Of a DNA stretch of 35,354 bases, positions 7,133 to 16,727 are shown in pieces. The stretch lies in assembly GCA_026693065.1 (NCBI GenBank), contig JAPLNA010000203.1:9144-44497 (forward strand). The letters are read 5' to 3'. A model generated the notes under the pieces. The model searched no databases. It worked only from the letters and a program-made list of their open reading frames with translations, and was not told where the DNA came from. The DNA comes from Planctomycetota bacterium. Lineage in GTDB: Bacteria > Planctomycetota > Phycisphaerae > SM23-33. The position numbers and the translations under genes are program-made. Every line of letters begins with the position of its first letter. Position 1 is the stretch's first letter.

Positions 7133-8646
7133 TGGAAACGCTGGTGACGGCGGGCGGACCGATGTTGGCGGAGACGGGTATCCCCCCCATGATCACGCTC
7201 GGGCTGATCGTGGTGGCGGTAGTGATCATCATTTTCCTGATCTTCGCCAACCGCTACAGGCGGTGCCCGTCGAACCGGGTGCTGGTGATTTATGGCAAGA
7301 CGGGGCGCGGGGCAGCCAAGTGCGTCCACGGCGGGGCGGCGTTCATCATCCCGTTGGTCCAGGCATACGACTACCTGGACCTCGAGCCCTTCGTCGTGCC
7401 CATCGACCTGTCCAACGCCCTCTCGCGGGAGAATATCCGCGTGTCCGTGCCGACGACGGTGACGGCGGCGATTTCGAACATGCCCAACGTGATGGAAAAC
7501 GCCGCCGTCCGCCTGCTGGGGCTCACCCGCGGGCAGATCCAGGCCCAGGCGCAGGACATCATCCTGGGGCAGATGCGTGCGGTGATCGCGACGATGAAGA
7601 TCGAGGACATCAACCGCGACCGCCAGGGGTTCATGGCCGCCGTCAACGAGGCGGTGACGAAGGAACTCGAAAAGATCGGGCTCCAGGTCATCAACGTGAA
7701 CATCCGGGACATCGAGGATGAGTCGGGGTACATCAAGGCCCTGGGCAAGAAGGCCGCCGCCGAGGCGATCAACCAGGCCAATATCGACGTGGCCGAGCAG
7801 GAGAAGCTCGGTCAGACCGGCGTGGCCGAACGGCAGCGGGACCAGCGTGTGGCGGTGGCGGCGGCGAAGGCCATCGCGGAGATCGGCGAGAAGAACGCCA
7901 ACCGCGACATGCGTCAGCAGGTGGCGGGGCTCGAGGCACAGGCCGTCAACGCCGAGACCGACGCCGAGGCCAAGAAGGCCTCCTACCACGCCAACCAGCG
8001 GGTGGCGGAGGAAGAGGCCCGCAACCGGGGCGAGTCGGCGGCCAAGCAGGCCGACGGCGCCATTCGCGTCGCGCAGGAAATCGCGCAGAAGACGGCCGAG
8101 GAGGCCAAGGCCCTTCGCGAGGCCGCCCGCCTGAACGCCGAGGTCGTCGTGCCCGCCAACGCCCAACGCGAGAAGGTGATCATCGGCGCCGAGGCCGAGA
8201 AGCAACAGGCCATCCGCGTCGCCGACGGCCAGGCCGCCGCGAATCTGGCGAAAATGTCCGCCGAGGGCAAGGGCCAGCAGGCCATCCTCGAAGGCAAGGC
8301 CACCGGGTATCGCAACCTGGTGGCGGCGGTGGGCGGCACGCCCGAGACGGCGGCGACCATGCTCGTCATCGAGAAACTCATCGAGCTGGGGCACATCCAG
8401 GCGCAGGCCATCCAGGATCTACCGCTGGAGAAGATCTTCGTCTGGGACGGGGGAGGCCCCGAGGGCGGCATGAGCAACCTGGGCAAGAAGCTGATGGGCG
8501 CCCTGCCCCCGATGCACGAGTTGGCCCGCCAGGTCGGGCTCGATCTGCCCGAGTTCCTGGGCAAACTCAAAACCCAGATCGCCGCCGCCGAACCCCACGC
8601 TTCTTCTGCTTCTTCAAACGCGCCTGACAAACCGGTCAAGCCTTAA
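7132..8646 (+). CDS. floT: Flotillin-like SPFH/band-7 protein (FloT/YuaG-type)
   Basis: The 504-aa protein has an N-terminal transmembrane helix and an SPFH domain (VVPIDLSNALSRENIRVSV...). A long alanine/glutamate/glutamine-rich coiled-coil region follows, as in flotillin. A ribosome-binding site AAGGAG lies 8 nt upstream. Confidence 0.88.
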   Translation: METLVTAGGPMLAETGIPPMITLGLIVVAVVIIIFLIFANRYRRCPSNRVLVIYGKTGRGAAKCVHGGAAFIIPLVQAYDYLDLEPFVVPIDLSNALSRENIRVSVPTTVTAAISNMPNVMENAAVRLLGLTRGQIQAQAQDIILGQMRAVIATMKIEDINRDRQGFMAAVNEAVTKELEKIGLQVINVNIRDIEDESGYIKALGKKAAAEAINQANIDVAEQEKLGQTGVAERQRDQRVAVAAAKAIAEIGEKNANRDMRQQVAGLEAQAVNAETDAEAKKASYHANQRVAEEEARNRGESAAKQADGAIRVAQEIAQKTAEEAKALREAARLNAEVVVPANAQREKVIIGAEAEKQQAIRVADGQAAANLAKMSAEGKGQQAILEGKATGYRNLVAAVGGTPETAATMLVIEKLIELGHIQAQAIQDLPLEKIFVWDGGGPEGGMSNLGKKLMGALPPMHELARQVGLDLPEFLGKLKTQIAAAEPHASSASSNAPDKPVKP

Positions 8647-8661
8647 GGCAGACGTCGTCAG

Positions 8662-8828
8662 GGGATTAGCCACGAAGGTCACAAAGCCCACAAAGAGAAA
8701 CAGAAAGATAAAGAACAGAAATGACAAAGGGCGATATCACAGCCAGGTTCGGCCGCAGAGGGATGTAGGCTGCAGCTTCCCCCTTGTCTTAACCTTTGTG
8801 TTCTTTGTGCCCTTTGTGGCTGATTCCC
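8662..8828. repeat. Long imperfect palindromic repeat element, copy A. It is built from CACAAAG/CTTTGTG units at about 9-bp period and sits in the convergent floT/DUF2203 intergenic region
   Basis: The left arm gccacgaaggtcacaaagcccacaaagagaaacagaaag... is the reverse complement of the right arm ...ctttgtgttctttgtgccctttgtggc. Its terminal 19 nt are identical to those of copy B at 10452-10470. Confidence 0.75.
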
Positions 8829-8860
8829 GCTTCCGTAAGGCCGCGGGCCCAACGAAGGAA

Positions 8861-9322
8861 TCAGACGCGGGCGGTCGCGGCGGCGGGGAAGGTGGCGATG
8901 GGCTTGCGGCCTTCGACGCCCTCGGTCACGTCGTGCCAGTAGCTGACGGACGTCTGACCGTATTCCCAGCACAGGCACACGTCGCGCCCGTCGACGAGGC
9001 AGGGGAAGGCGACGACGCCCTTGGCCCAGTCGATCAGGTCGACGCCGATGTCCTCGAGTTCCTGGAGGCAGTTGCGGAGCCGTTCGGCGACGTCGACCAG
9101 TTCGTCCCGGGCGGCCTCGGTGCGGTCGAGGGCGCCGGCGGCGGCGCCGGACTCGATCATCTCGTGAAGGTCCAACAGGCGGCGGTAGTCGGCCACCACG
9201 TCGGCGATGATCTTCTTGACGAGCACGAGGGCCTTGTTGGCCTCGCCCAGGGTGAATCGGCGCCGCCCAACCGTCTGCACGAGTACGCCGTCGTTGTCCC
9301 GATCCGGCATGTCCATTGCCAT
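8861..9322 (-). CDS. DUF2203 (COG4911) family protein
   Basis: The 153-aa protein from ATG at 9322 begins MAMDM. It matches the DUF2203 pattern (RRFTLGEANKALVLV..., CLCWEYGQTSVSYWHDV, compare YLCWKLGEPEVGYWH). The longer 514-aa track ORF is an artefactual extension. Confidence 0.75.
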   Translation of the reverse strand: MAMDMPDRDNDGVLVQTVGRRRFTLGEANKALVLVKKIIADVVADYRRLLDLHEMIESGAAAGALDRTEAARDELVDVAERLRNCLQELEDIGVDLIDWAKGVVAFPCLVDGRDVCLCWEYGQTSVSYWHDVTEGVEGRKPIATFPAAATARV

Positions 9323-9412
9323 AACGTCACTCCACAACAGGTCCGAACATGTATCGGCCAAGGCGCGGGGAAAACATGAATGCTCGCGGGCCGAAGCCCG
9401 TATAATCCCGGC

Positions 9413-10294
9413 ATGTTCGGTTTCCTGAACGTCAATAAACCCGTGGGCCCGACCAGTCACGACGTCATCGCCCGGCTCCGCTGGCGGCTGGGCAAGGTCG
9501 TCAAGATCGGGCACGCCGGCACGCTGGACCCGAAGGCCTCCGGCGTGCTCGTGGTGTGCCTGGGCCCGGCCACCCGCCTGAGCGACTACGTGCAGGGCCT
9601 GCCCAAACGCTACCTCACCACCGTCGCCCTCGGGGCCGTCAGCACCACCGACGACCGCGAAGGCGAAATCACCCAGACTCCCGCGCCCGTCCCGCCGACG
9701 GACGAGGCCCTCCGGGCGGTGCTGGGGCGGTTCGTCGGGGAGATCCAGCAGGTCCCCCCCGCCCACTCGGCCGTCCACCTGCCCACCGGCGGGCGGGCGT
9801 ACAAGGCCGCCCGGGCCGGGCGAGAGACCAACCTCGCCGCGCGGGCCGTCGTCGTCCACGCCATCGAGCTGGTCGCCTACGCCTGGCCGCTCGTGACCCT
9901 CGACGTCGCCTGCGGCAGCGGGACGTACATTCGCAGCCTGGCGCGGGACATCGGGGAGGCCCTGGGAGTCGGGGGCTATTGCAGCGACATCACCCGCACG
10001 CAGGTGGGCCCCTTCGCCCTCGCCGACGCCCTCGCCCCCGAGGCCCTCGACCCGGCCGTGCATCTGCTGGCGCCCCAACTGGCCGTGCCCGAATATCCCC
10101 GCCTCGTCATCAGCGAGGCCGATCGCTTCGAGATAAACCACGGCCGCGCCATCCCCTCGCCGGCGTCCGCCCCGCCCCGGGCCGAACCCTTCGACGTGGC
10201 CCTGGAAGATTCCGCCGGCGTCCTGGTCGCCCTGGCCCGGTGCTATCCCGCGGCGGGACGGATATCGCCCACGAAGGTGTTCTTTTCGGATTGA
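9413..10294 (+). CDS. truB: tRNA pseudouridine(55) synthase TruB
   Basis: The translation begins MFGFLNVNKPVGPTSHDVIARLR and has the catalytic Asp motif GHAGTLDPKASGVL. An alternative in-frame ATG at 9380 would add 11 residues. Confidence 0.92.
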   Translation: MFGFLNVNKPVGPTSHDVIARLRWRLGKVVKIGHAGTLDPKASGVLVVCLGPATRLSDYVQGLPKRYLTTVALGAVSTTDDREGEITQTPAPVPPTDEALRAVLGRFVGEIQQVPPAHSAVHLPTGGRAYKAARAGRETNLAARAVVVHAIELVAYAWPLVTLDVACGSGTYIRSLARDIGEALGVGGYCSDITRTQVGPFALADALAPEALDPAVHLLAPQLAVPEYPRLVISEADRFEINHGRAIPSPASAPPRAEPFDVALEDSAGVLVALARCYPAAGRISPTKVFFSD

Positions 10295-10353
10295 ACCACA
10301 CCGCCGGCGCCGATCGGGAATCCAAAACACGTCTACGCCGAAGGGCCGAGAAT

Positions 10354-10470
10354 AAGCCACAAAGGGCACAAAGATCACCAAGGCGGGAAGAAGCAAGAAC
10401 AGCACAAGATCGTATACAGACCCCTACATCCTTTCGTTCTTTTGTGTCCTTTGTGCCCTTTGTGGCCTTC
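10354..10470. repeat. Palindromic CACAAAG/CTTTGTG repeat element, copy B, in the convergent truB/aroA intergenic region
   Basis: The left end aagccacaaagggcacaaag is the reverse complement of the right end ctttgtgccctttgtggcctt (19/20). The right arm carries four CTTT(T)GTG units at about 9-bp period. It shares terminal sequence with copy A. Confidence 0.75.
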
Positions 10471-10499
10471 TTTTTCCCTCGCCCCCATCACCCCGGCCC

Positions 10500-11780
10500 C
10501 TACTCCGTGCCGACCTCGGCCCCGATCTTGCGCATTTCCTCGACGAAGTGGGGGAAGGTTTTCCGCACGCACTCAGAGTCTTTGATGAGCGTTCGGCCCT
10601 CGGCGGCCAGGGCGGCGACGGCGAAGGTCATGACCATGCGATGGTCGGCCTGGCTGTCGATGACGGCCCCGCGCAGGCGGCTGTGGCGGATGACCAGCCC
10701 GTCGGGCCGCTCGGCGACGTCGGCGCCCATGGCCTGGAGGGCCTGCGCCGTCGCCGTGATCCGGTCGCACTCCTTGTGGCGGCAGACCTCCGCGTTCACC
10801 AGGCGAGTCTCCCCTTCGGCCAGCGCGCCCACGACGGCCAGCAGGGGCAACTGGTCGATGAAGTCGTTGCAGTCGATCTCTCGCCCGCGGAGGGCGCTGG
10901 TCGAGGCCGTCACCACATTGCCGGCGATCTCGATCTGCGCGCCCATGTCCCGGAGGATGTTGACGACGCCTTTGTCGCCCTGGGTGTCGGCGAAATCCAT
11001 GCCGGGGATTTTCACCACGCTGTCGGGGCAGACGAGGGCGGCGACGACGGGGTACAGGGCGGCCGACCAGTCCAGCGGGATGATCGTCTCAAACGCCCCC
11101 CATCGATGATGCCCGCGGACGCGGAAGAGTTCGTAGTTGTCGTTGCTGAACTCCACGCCGCACCGCTTGAGCCATTCCAGCGTCAGGCCCACCCAAGGCT
11201 TCTCGCCCGGCCGAAGGACGTGGATCTCGCTGGGCCCGTCCGCCATCGCCGCGGCGATCAGCAGGGCCGAGACGGGTTGGGAGTCCAGCCCGTCGATCTG
11301 GGCCTGCCCGCCCTTGAGGGGCCCGCGGACGACCAGCGGAGCGTGCCCGTCGCCCTTGGTGGAAACCGCCCAGGCGCCCAACTGGCCCAACGCGTCGATC
11401 AGGGGCTGGCACAGCCGCAGGTGGCGGATCGAGTGGTCGCCGCTGAGCACGGTGTAGCCCGGGCAGCAGGCGGCCAGGGCGGCAAAAAACCGCAGAATGA
11501 TCCCGCTGTTGCCGCAGTCGACGATGTCCTCGGGGGTGTGCAGTACGCCGCCGGTGCCGGTGACTTCCCAGACGCCCTCGGCCTTGGGGTGGATCTGGGC
11601 GCCGAACATCTCGAAGGCCTCGATGCCTCGCATCCAGTCGTTGGAGACGGCCGGGGAAAGTATCCGGCTGACCCCCTTGCCCAGGGCCGCCATGATCAAC
11701 GCCCGGAATGAATGACTCTTATTCGGCGGTATCGCCACAGTCCCGGCCAGCCGGGCGGATCGATGCACGTGGAGTTCCAT
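10500..11780 (-). CDS. aroA: 3-phosphoshikimate 1-carboxyvinyltransferase (EPSP synthase)
   Basis: The 427-aa protein from ATG at 11780 begins MELHVH. It carries EPSP synthase motifs (LAGTVAIPPNKSHSFRALIMAAL, GNSGIILRFF, DHRMVMTFAVAAL). A ribosome-binding site GGAAGGAG lies 7 nt upstream. The track ORF start at 12059 is an artefactual extension. Confidence 0.93.
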   Translation of the reverse strand: MELHVHRSARLAGTVAIPPNKSHSFRALIMAALGKGVSRILSPAVSNDWMRGIEAFEMFGAQIHPKAEGVWEVTGTGGVLHTPEDIVDCGNSGIILRFFAALAACCPGYTVLSGDHSIRHLRLCQPLIDALGQLGAWAVSTKGDGHAPLVVRGPLKGGQAQIDGLDSQPVSALLIAAAMADGPSEIHVLRPGEKPWVGLTLEWLKRCGVEFSNDNYELFRVRGHHRWGAFETIIPLDWSAALYPVVAALVCPDSVVKIPGMDFADTQGDKGVVNILRDMGAQIEIAGNVVTASTSALRGREIDCNDFIDQLPLLAVVGALAEGETRLVNAEVCRHKECDRITATAQALQAMGADVAERPDGLVIRHSRLRGAVIDSQADHRMVMTFAVAALAAEGRTLIKDSECVRKTFPHFVEEMRKIGAEVGTE

Positions 11781-11797
11781 AGCGGGCTCCTTCCAGG

Positions 11798-11812
11798 AAC
11801 GTATGATACGTT
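11798..11812. promoter_or_regulatory. Perfect 15-bp palindrome AACGTATgATACGTT immediately 5' of the aroA ribosome-binding site; candidate operator
   Basis: Read directly from the sequence: 7-1-7 dyad symmetry, 18 nt upstream of the aroA start codon on the minus strand. Confidence 0.4.
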
Positions 11813-11973
11813 GCGGGGTGTTTGTTGACAAGGAAACCCATCGGGCCTCCCCGTGAATCATCCCCCATTTCGAGACTTCCTCTTGAAGAGCGTGATAGCG
11901 AACCACCAACGACGGCCTCGTCCTCCGGGCTCCATGCCCGTTCCTCATTGCCTGCCCGTGGTATGGCCCCGCG

Positions 11974-12076
11974 GAGGGGGGTTCCACCCCCCTGCCCCCC
12001 GGGATTTTGCGCTTTCGGGCCTGCCAGCAGGCGAGAAGGCGGAAAATCCCGGGGGGCACGGGGGGCGGGCCCCCCG
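11974..12076. other. Cluster of three consecutive G/C-homopolymer-rich hairpins in the aroA / response-regulator divergent spacer. The three are G6-ttcca-C6, a nested hairpin of about 60 nt with 18-nt arms, and cggggg-cgggc-cccccg
   Basis: All three are read directly from the sequence at 11976-11992, 11995-12056 (arms ccccccgggattttgcgc / gcggaaaatcccgggggg, with an inner gcctgc-cag-caggc palindrome) and 12059-12075. Confidence 0.5.
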
Positions 12077-12189
12077 CTTACCGCAGCCCGGACCCCCCAG
12101 CACACGACCATTCCAACGGGATAGTCGGACATGAGTCGCCATGACCTGTTGTCCGAGTCGAAACTGGGGATGACTCCGTCGGAAGGCGC

Positions 12190-12219
12190 GTTGACAATTT
12201 TCGCGGGGGTATCCTATAA
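12190..12219 (+). promoter_or_regulatory. Near-consensus sigma70 promoter TTGACA-N18-TATAAT for the response-regulator gene
   Basis: TTGACA lies at 12190-12195 and TATAAT at 12214-12219. A ribosome-binding site AGGAG lies about 8 nt before the ATG at 12275. Confidence 0.6.
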
Positions 12220-12274
12220 TACTGGCGGTTGCGGGGTGGCACGCCGATAAGGTAACGGCCAGAGGAGTATCAGA

Positions 12275-12697
12275 ATGGTTGACGAAGCGAAAACGTTTCC
12301 GGGCAAGAAGATCCTGGTTGTCGACGACGACAGGGACATCCTCGAGGCGCTGCAGACGGCGCTGGCCGGGCTGGGCGTGGAGGTTTTCACGGCCAGTGAC
12401 GGCGAACTGGCGCTCACGCAGGCCGAGGCGCACAAGCCCGACCTGGTCGTGCTGGACATGATGCTGCCCAAGCGGAGCGGGTTCCTGGTGATGGAACGGT
12501 TGCGTCGGGGCAAGAAGAAGAGCGAGCCGCCGCGGATCATCATGGTCACGGGCAACCAGGGCCACAGGCACAAGACGTTCGCCCAGACCATGGGGGCGGA
12601 CGACTACATGAACAAGCCCTTCCGGATGGAGAAGCTGCTGGCGTCGGTGACGAAGATTCTTTCGGCGGCCCAGGCCGGACCGGAGACGCCGGCATAA
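12275..12697 (+). CDS. Single-domain (CheY-like) response regulator receiver protein
   Basis: The 140-aa protein has the acid pocket DDD (VVDDDRD), the phospho-acceptor Asp in VLDMMLP, and conserved Thr/Lys positions. It has no output domain. Confidence 0.88.
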   Translation: MVDEAKTFPGKKILVVDDDRDILEALQTALAGLGVEVFTASDGELALTQAEAHKPDLVVLDMMLPKRSGFLVMERLRRGKKKSEPPRIIMVTGNQGHRHKTFAQTMGADDYMNKPFRMEKLLASVTKILSAAQAGPETPA

Positions 12698-12733
12698 AGC
12701 GGGAAAAATCTTCGGGCCGGGCCGAAAAAAAGG

Positions 12734-12762
12734 TTGTACACTCCCGCGCGGACAGGTACACT
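12734..12762 (+). promoter_or_regulatory. Candidate rpsO promoter TTGTAC-N17-TACACT with a leader of about 100 nt
   Basis: The sequence gives a -35 at 12734-12739 and a -10 at 12757-12762. A G/C hairpin followed by an A7 run lies at 12708-12729, just before it. Confidence 0.35.
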
Positions 12763-12869
12763 GTTTGCCGATTAGACAATAGAAGACAGGGAATCCAGAG
12801 AAGAAGGAAAGATGCTTGTCGTGAGACGCGGCCAACGGCTGCGGCGACGGGCGGGAAACGAGACGCTTC

Positions 12870-13142
12870 ATGAGCAGTGCGGAAGTCATCGACAAGAAGA
12901 CGGTTGTCCAGAAATACCGGCGGCACGAGACGGACACGGGTTCGGCCGAGGTTCAGGTTGCCCTTCAGACGGCTCGGATCAATCACTTGACCGAGCACAT
13001 GAAGACGCACACGAAGGACTTCGCATCGCGTCGCGGTCTGTTGCGGCTGGTGGGGATGCGCAGCAGTCTGCTGAAGTACCTGGCGACCCAAGATCCCGCT
13101 CGCTACCAGGACATCATCAAGGCACTGGGCCTGCGCAAGTAG
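12870..13142 (+). CDS. rpsO: 30S ribosomal protein S15
   Basis: The 90-aa protein has S15 signatures ([42 protein letters not shown]). Confidence 0.95.
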   Translation: MSSAEVIDKKTVVQKYRRHETDTGSAEVQVALQTARINHLTEHMKTHTKDFASRRGLLRLVGMRSSLLKYLATQDPARYQDIIKALGLRK

Positions 13143-13263
13143 CGCGGGGTTGTGCCGGCCGGTCGCGGGTACAAATGGGTATTCGCCTCGGTTCGGGGCC
13201 GTGGAACGGACCGATCGAGGACGACCGGGGCAGTAAGGACGAATTCATTCTCTCGATTGCACA

Positions 13264-13341
13264 TCGTGCAGTGGCTGTATCGCACTACAAGGTGCACGAT
13301 TCCCTCGAACGCCCGGGCACGGCGTCCGTCTCGGGTTTTTT
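13264..13341 (+). terminator. rpsO-pnp intergenic structured region: a stem-loop (atcgtgca...tgcacgat) followed by a G/C hairpin plus T6, a candidate attenuator/terminator and pnp leader processing site
   Basis: An inverted repeat lies at 13264-13301. A hairpin gcccgggcacggcgtccgtctcggg is followed by tttttt at 13311-13341. In E. coli this spacer holds the RNase III-processed hairpin that autoregulates pnp. Confidence 0.4.
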
Positions 13342-13447
13342 CCAGAATCAGCCCGGCTTAGCGGTATGCGACCGCTGTCGGACGAACGGATTGTGACGGC
13401 AGGCGGCACGGAAGGTCGCCCAACAAGAGGAAGTAAGGAAGACAGAC

Positions 13448-15723
<2,276 letters not shown>

Positions 15724-15750
15724 CCTCCCCCACATAAGGACGCTGCGCCG

Positions 15751-16575
15751 ATGACCGGTTGGATACTCCTGGGCGCTCTGGCGGCCGGGCCGATCTGGAT
15801 CGGCCTGGGCTTCTGGCTCAGCCGGCGGACCTGGCGACAGGCCCGGCGCCTGGCGCAGCGGCGGCGCGGGCACGACCGCCTGGCCGAACTGGGCACGCTG
15901 GCCGGCGGACTGGCCCACGAGATCCGCAACCCGCTGAGCACCATCAACGTCAACCTGCAACTGCTCGCCGAGGACCTCGCGCGCCATGACGACGACGAGC
16001 ACAACCGCCTGGCCCGCCGCCTGGCCGGCGTGCGCACCGAGGCCGACCGCCTCAAGGAAATCCTCGACGACTTCCTGAACTACGCCGGTCGGCACGAGCT
16101 TCACCCGGTGAGGACGGACCTGAGGCAGATCGTGTCGGACATGACCGACTTCTTCGCCTCGCAGGCCGACGCCGCCCACGTCGTCCTCCGGTCCCTGCCG
16201 GGCGAGGGCGAGATCCCCGTCGAGGTCGACGTCAACCTCATCAAGCAGGCGGTGCTGAACCTGATGATCAACGCCGTGCAGGCCATGCCGGCGGGCGGAG
16301 AGCTGATCCTTCGCCTCGCCGCCCGAGGCGCCCAGGCCGTGCTCGAGGTCATCGACACCGGCACGGGGATGGACGCCGAATGCCGCGCCCGGATCTTCGA
16401 TCCCTTCTACACCACCAAAGGCCGGGGCGCCGGCCTGGGCCTGCCCACCACGAGGCGGATCATCCTCGAGCACCACGGCGTCATCCGCGTGGACTCCGAG
16501 CTGGGTAAAGGCACCCGATTCACGGTTACTCTCCCGTTGGCCGGAGCGCAAGAGACGAAAGGAACAAGGACCTGA
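15751..16575 (+). CDS. Small membrane-anchored sensor histidine kinase (HisKA plus HATPase_c)
   Basis: The 274-aa protein has an N-terminal transmembrane helix, an H-box LAHEIRNPLSTI, an N-box NLMINAVQA, and G-boxes DTGTGMD and GAGLGL. Confidence 0.88.
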   Translation: MTGWILLGALAAGPIWIGLGFWLSRRTWRQARRLAQRRRGHDRLAELGTLAGGLAHEIRNPLSTINVNLQLLAEDLARHDDDEHNRLARRLAGVRTEADRLKEILDDFLNYAGRHELHPVRTDLRQIVSDMTDFFASQADAAHVVLRSLPGEGEIPVEVDVNLIKQAVLNLMINAVQAMPAGGELILRLAARGAQAVLEVIDTGTGMDAECRARIFDPFYTTKGRGAGLGLPTTRRIILEHHGVIRVDSELGKGTRFTVTLPLAGAQETKGTRT

Positions 16576-16651
16576 GGAACTGGGAACTGGCGCGAACCCC
16601 CCTCCGCCCATCCCAGTCTCCAGCTCCTCGTTCCCCGTTCCTATTCGTTCC
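16561..16651. repeat. Inverted array of pentamers: GGAAC x3 (16561, 16576, 16583), then 42 nt, then GTTCC x3 (16630, 16637, 16647), between the histidine-kinase gene and lptF. It includes the 14-mer GAGGAACTGGGAAC that recurs at 23489-23502
   Basis: Read directly from the sequence. ggaactgggaac can pair with gttccccgttcc (11/12). Confidence 0.5.
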
Positions 16652-16727
16652 TCCCCCCTCTGGACTTTCAGGAACGTCCATTGTATACTCTGCTGCACAC
16701 CGCCGCGAACGCGGGAGTGTTTTCCGA

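Noticed and set aside
9398-9403. TATAAT hexamer 10 nt upstream of the truB start as a promoter -10
   Set aside because: There is no acceptable -35 at 16-18 nt spacing, and it would leave a leader of only about 3 nt. It is more probably chance or part of the ribosome-binding region.
8679-10572. Small ORFs 8679..8978 and 10375..10572 lying over the palindromic repeat elements
   Set aside because: Their cysteine/phenylalanine/histidine/lysine-rich translations come from the repeat periodicity. They have no ribosome-binding site and no coding bias.
6865-11109. Large ORFs 6865..8394 (minus), 7983..8639 (minus) and 9556..11109 (plus), and the 514-aa extension of the DUF2203 ORF (8861..10405)
   Set aside because: Their composition is artefactual. 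They are antisense to flotillin, truB and aroA. Only the 153-aa DUF2203 core from ATG at 9322 is supported.
12708-12729. G/C hairpin followed by A7 after the response-regulator gene, as a rho-independent terminator
   Set aside because: The A-run is on the plus strand, so it gives a U-tract only for minus-strand transcription, and no minus-strand gene ends there. It may still work as a weak plus-strand terminator or be part of the rpsO promoter region. It was not called as a feature.
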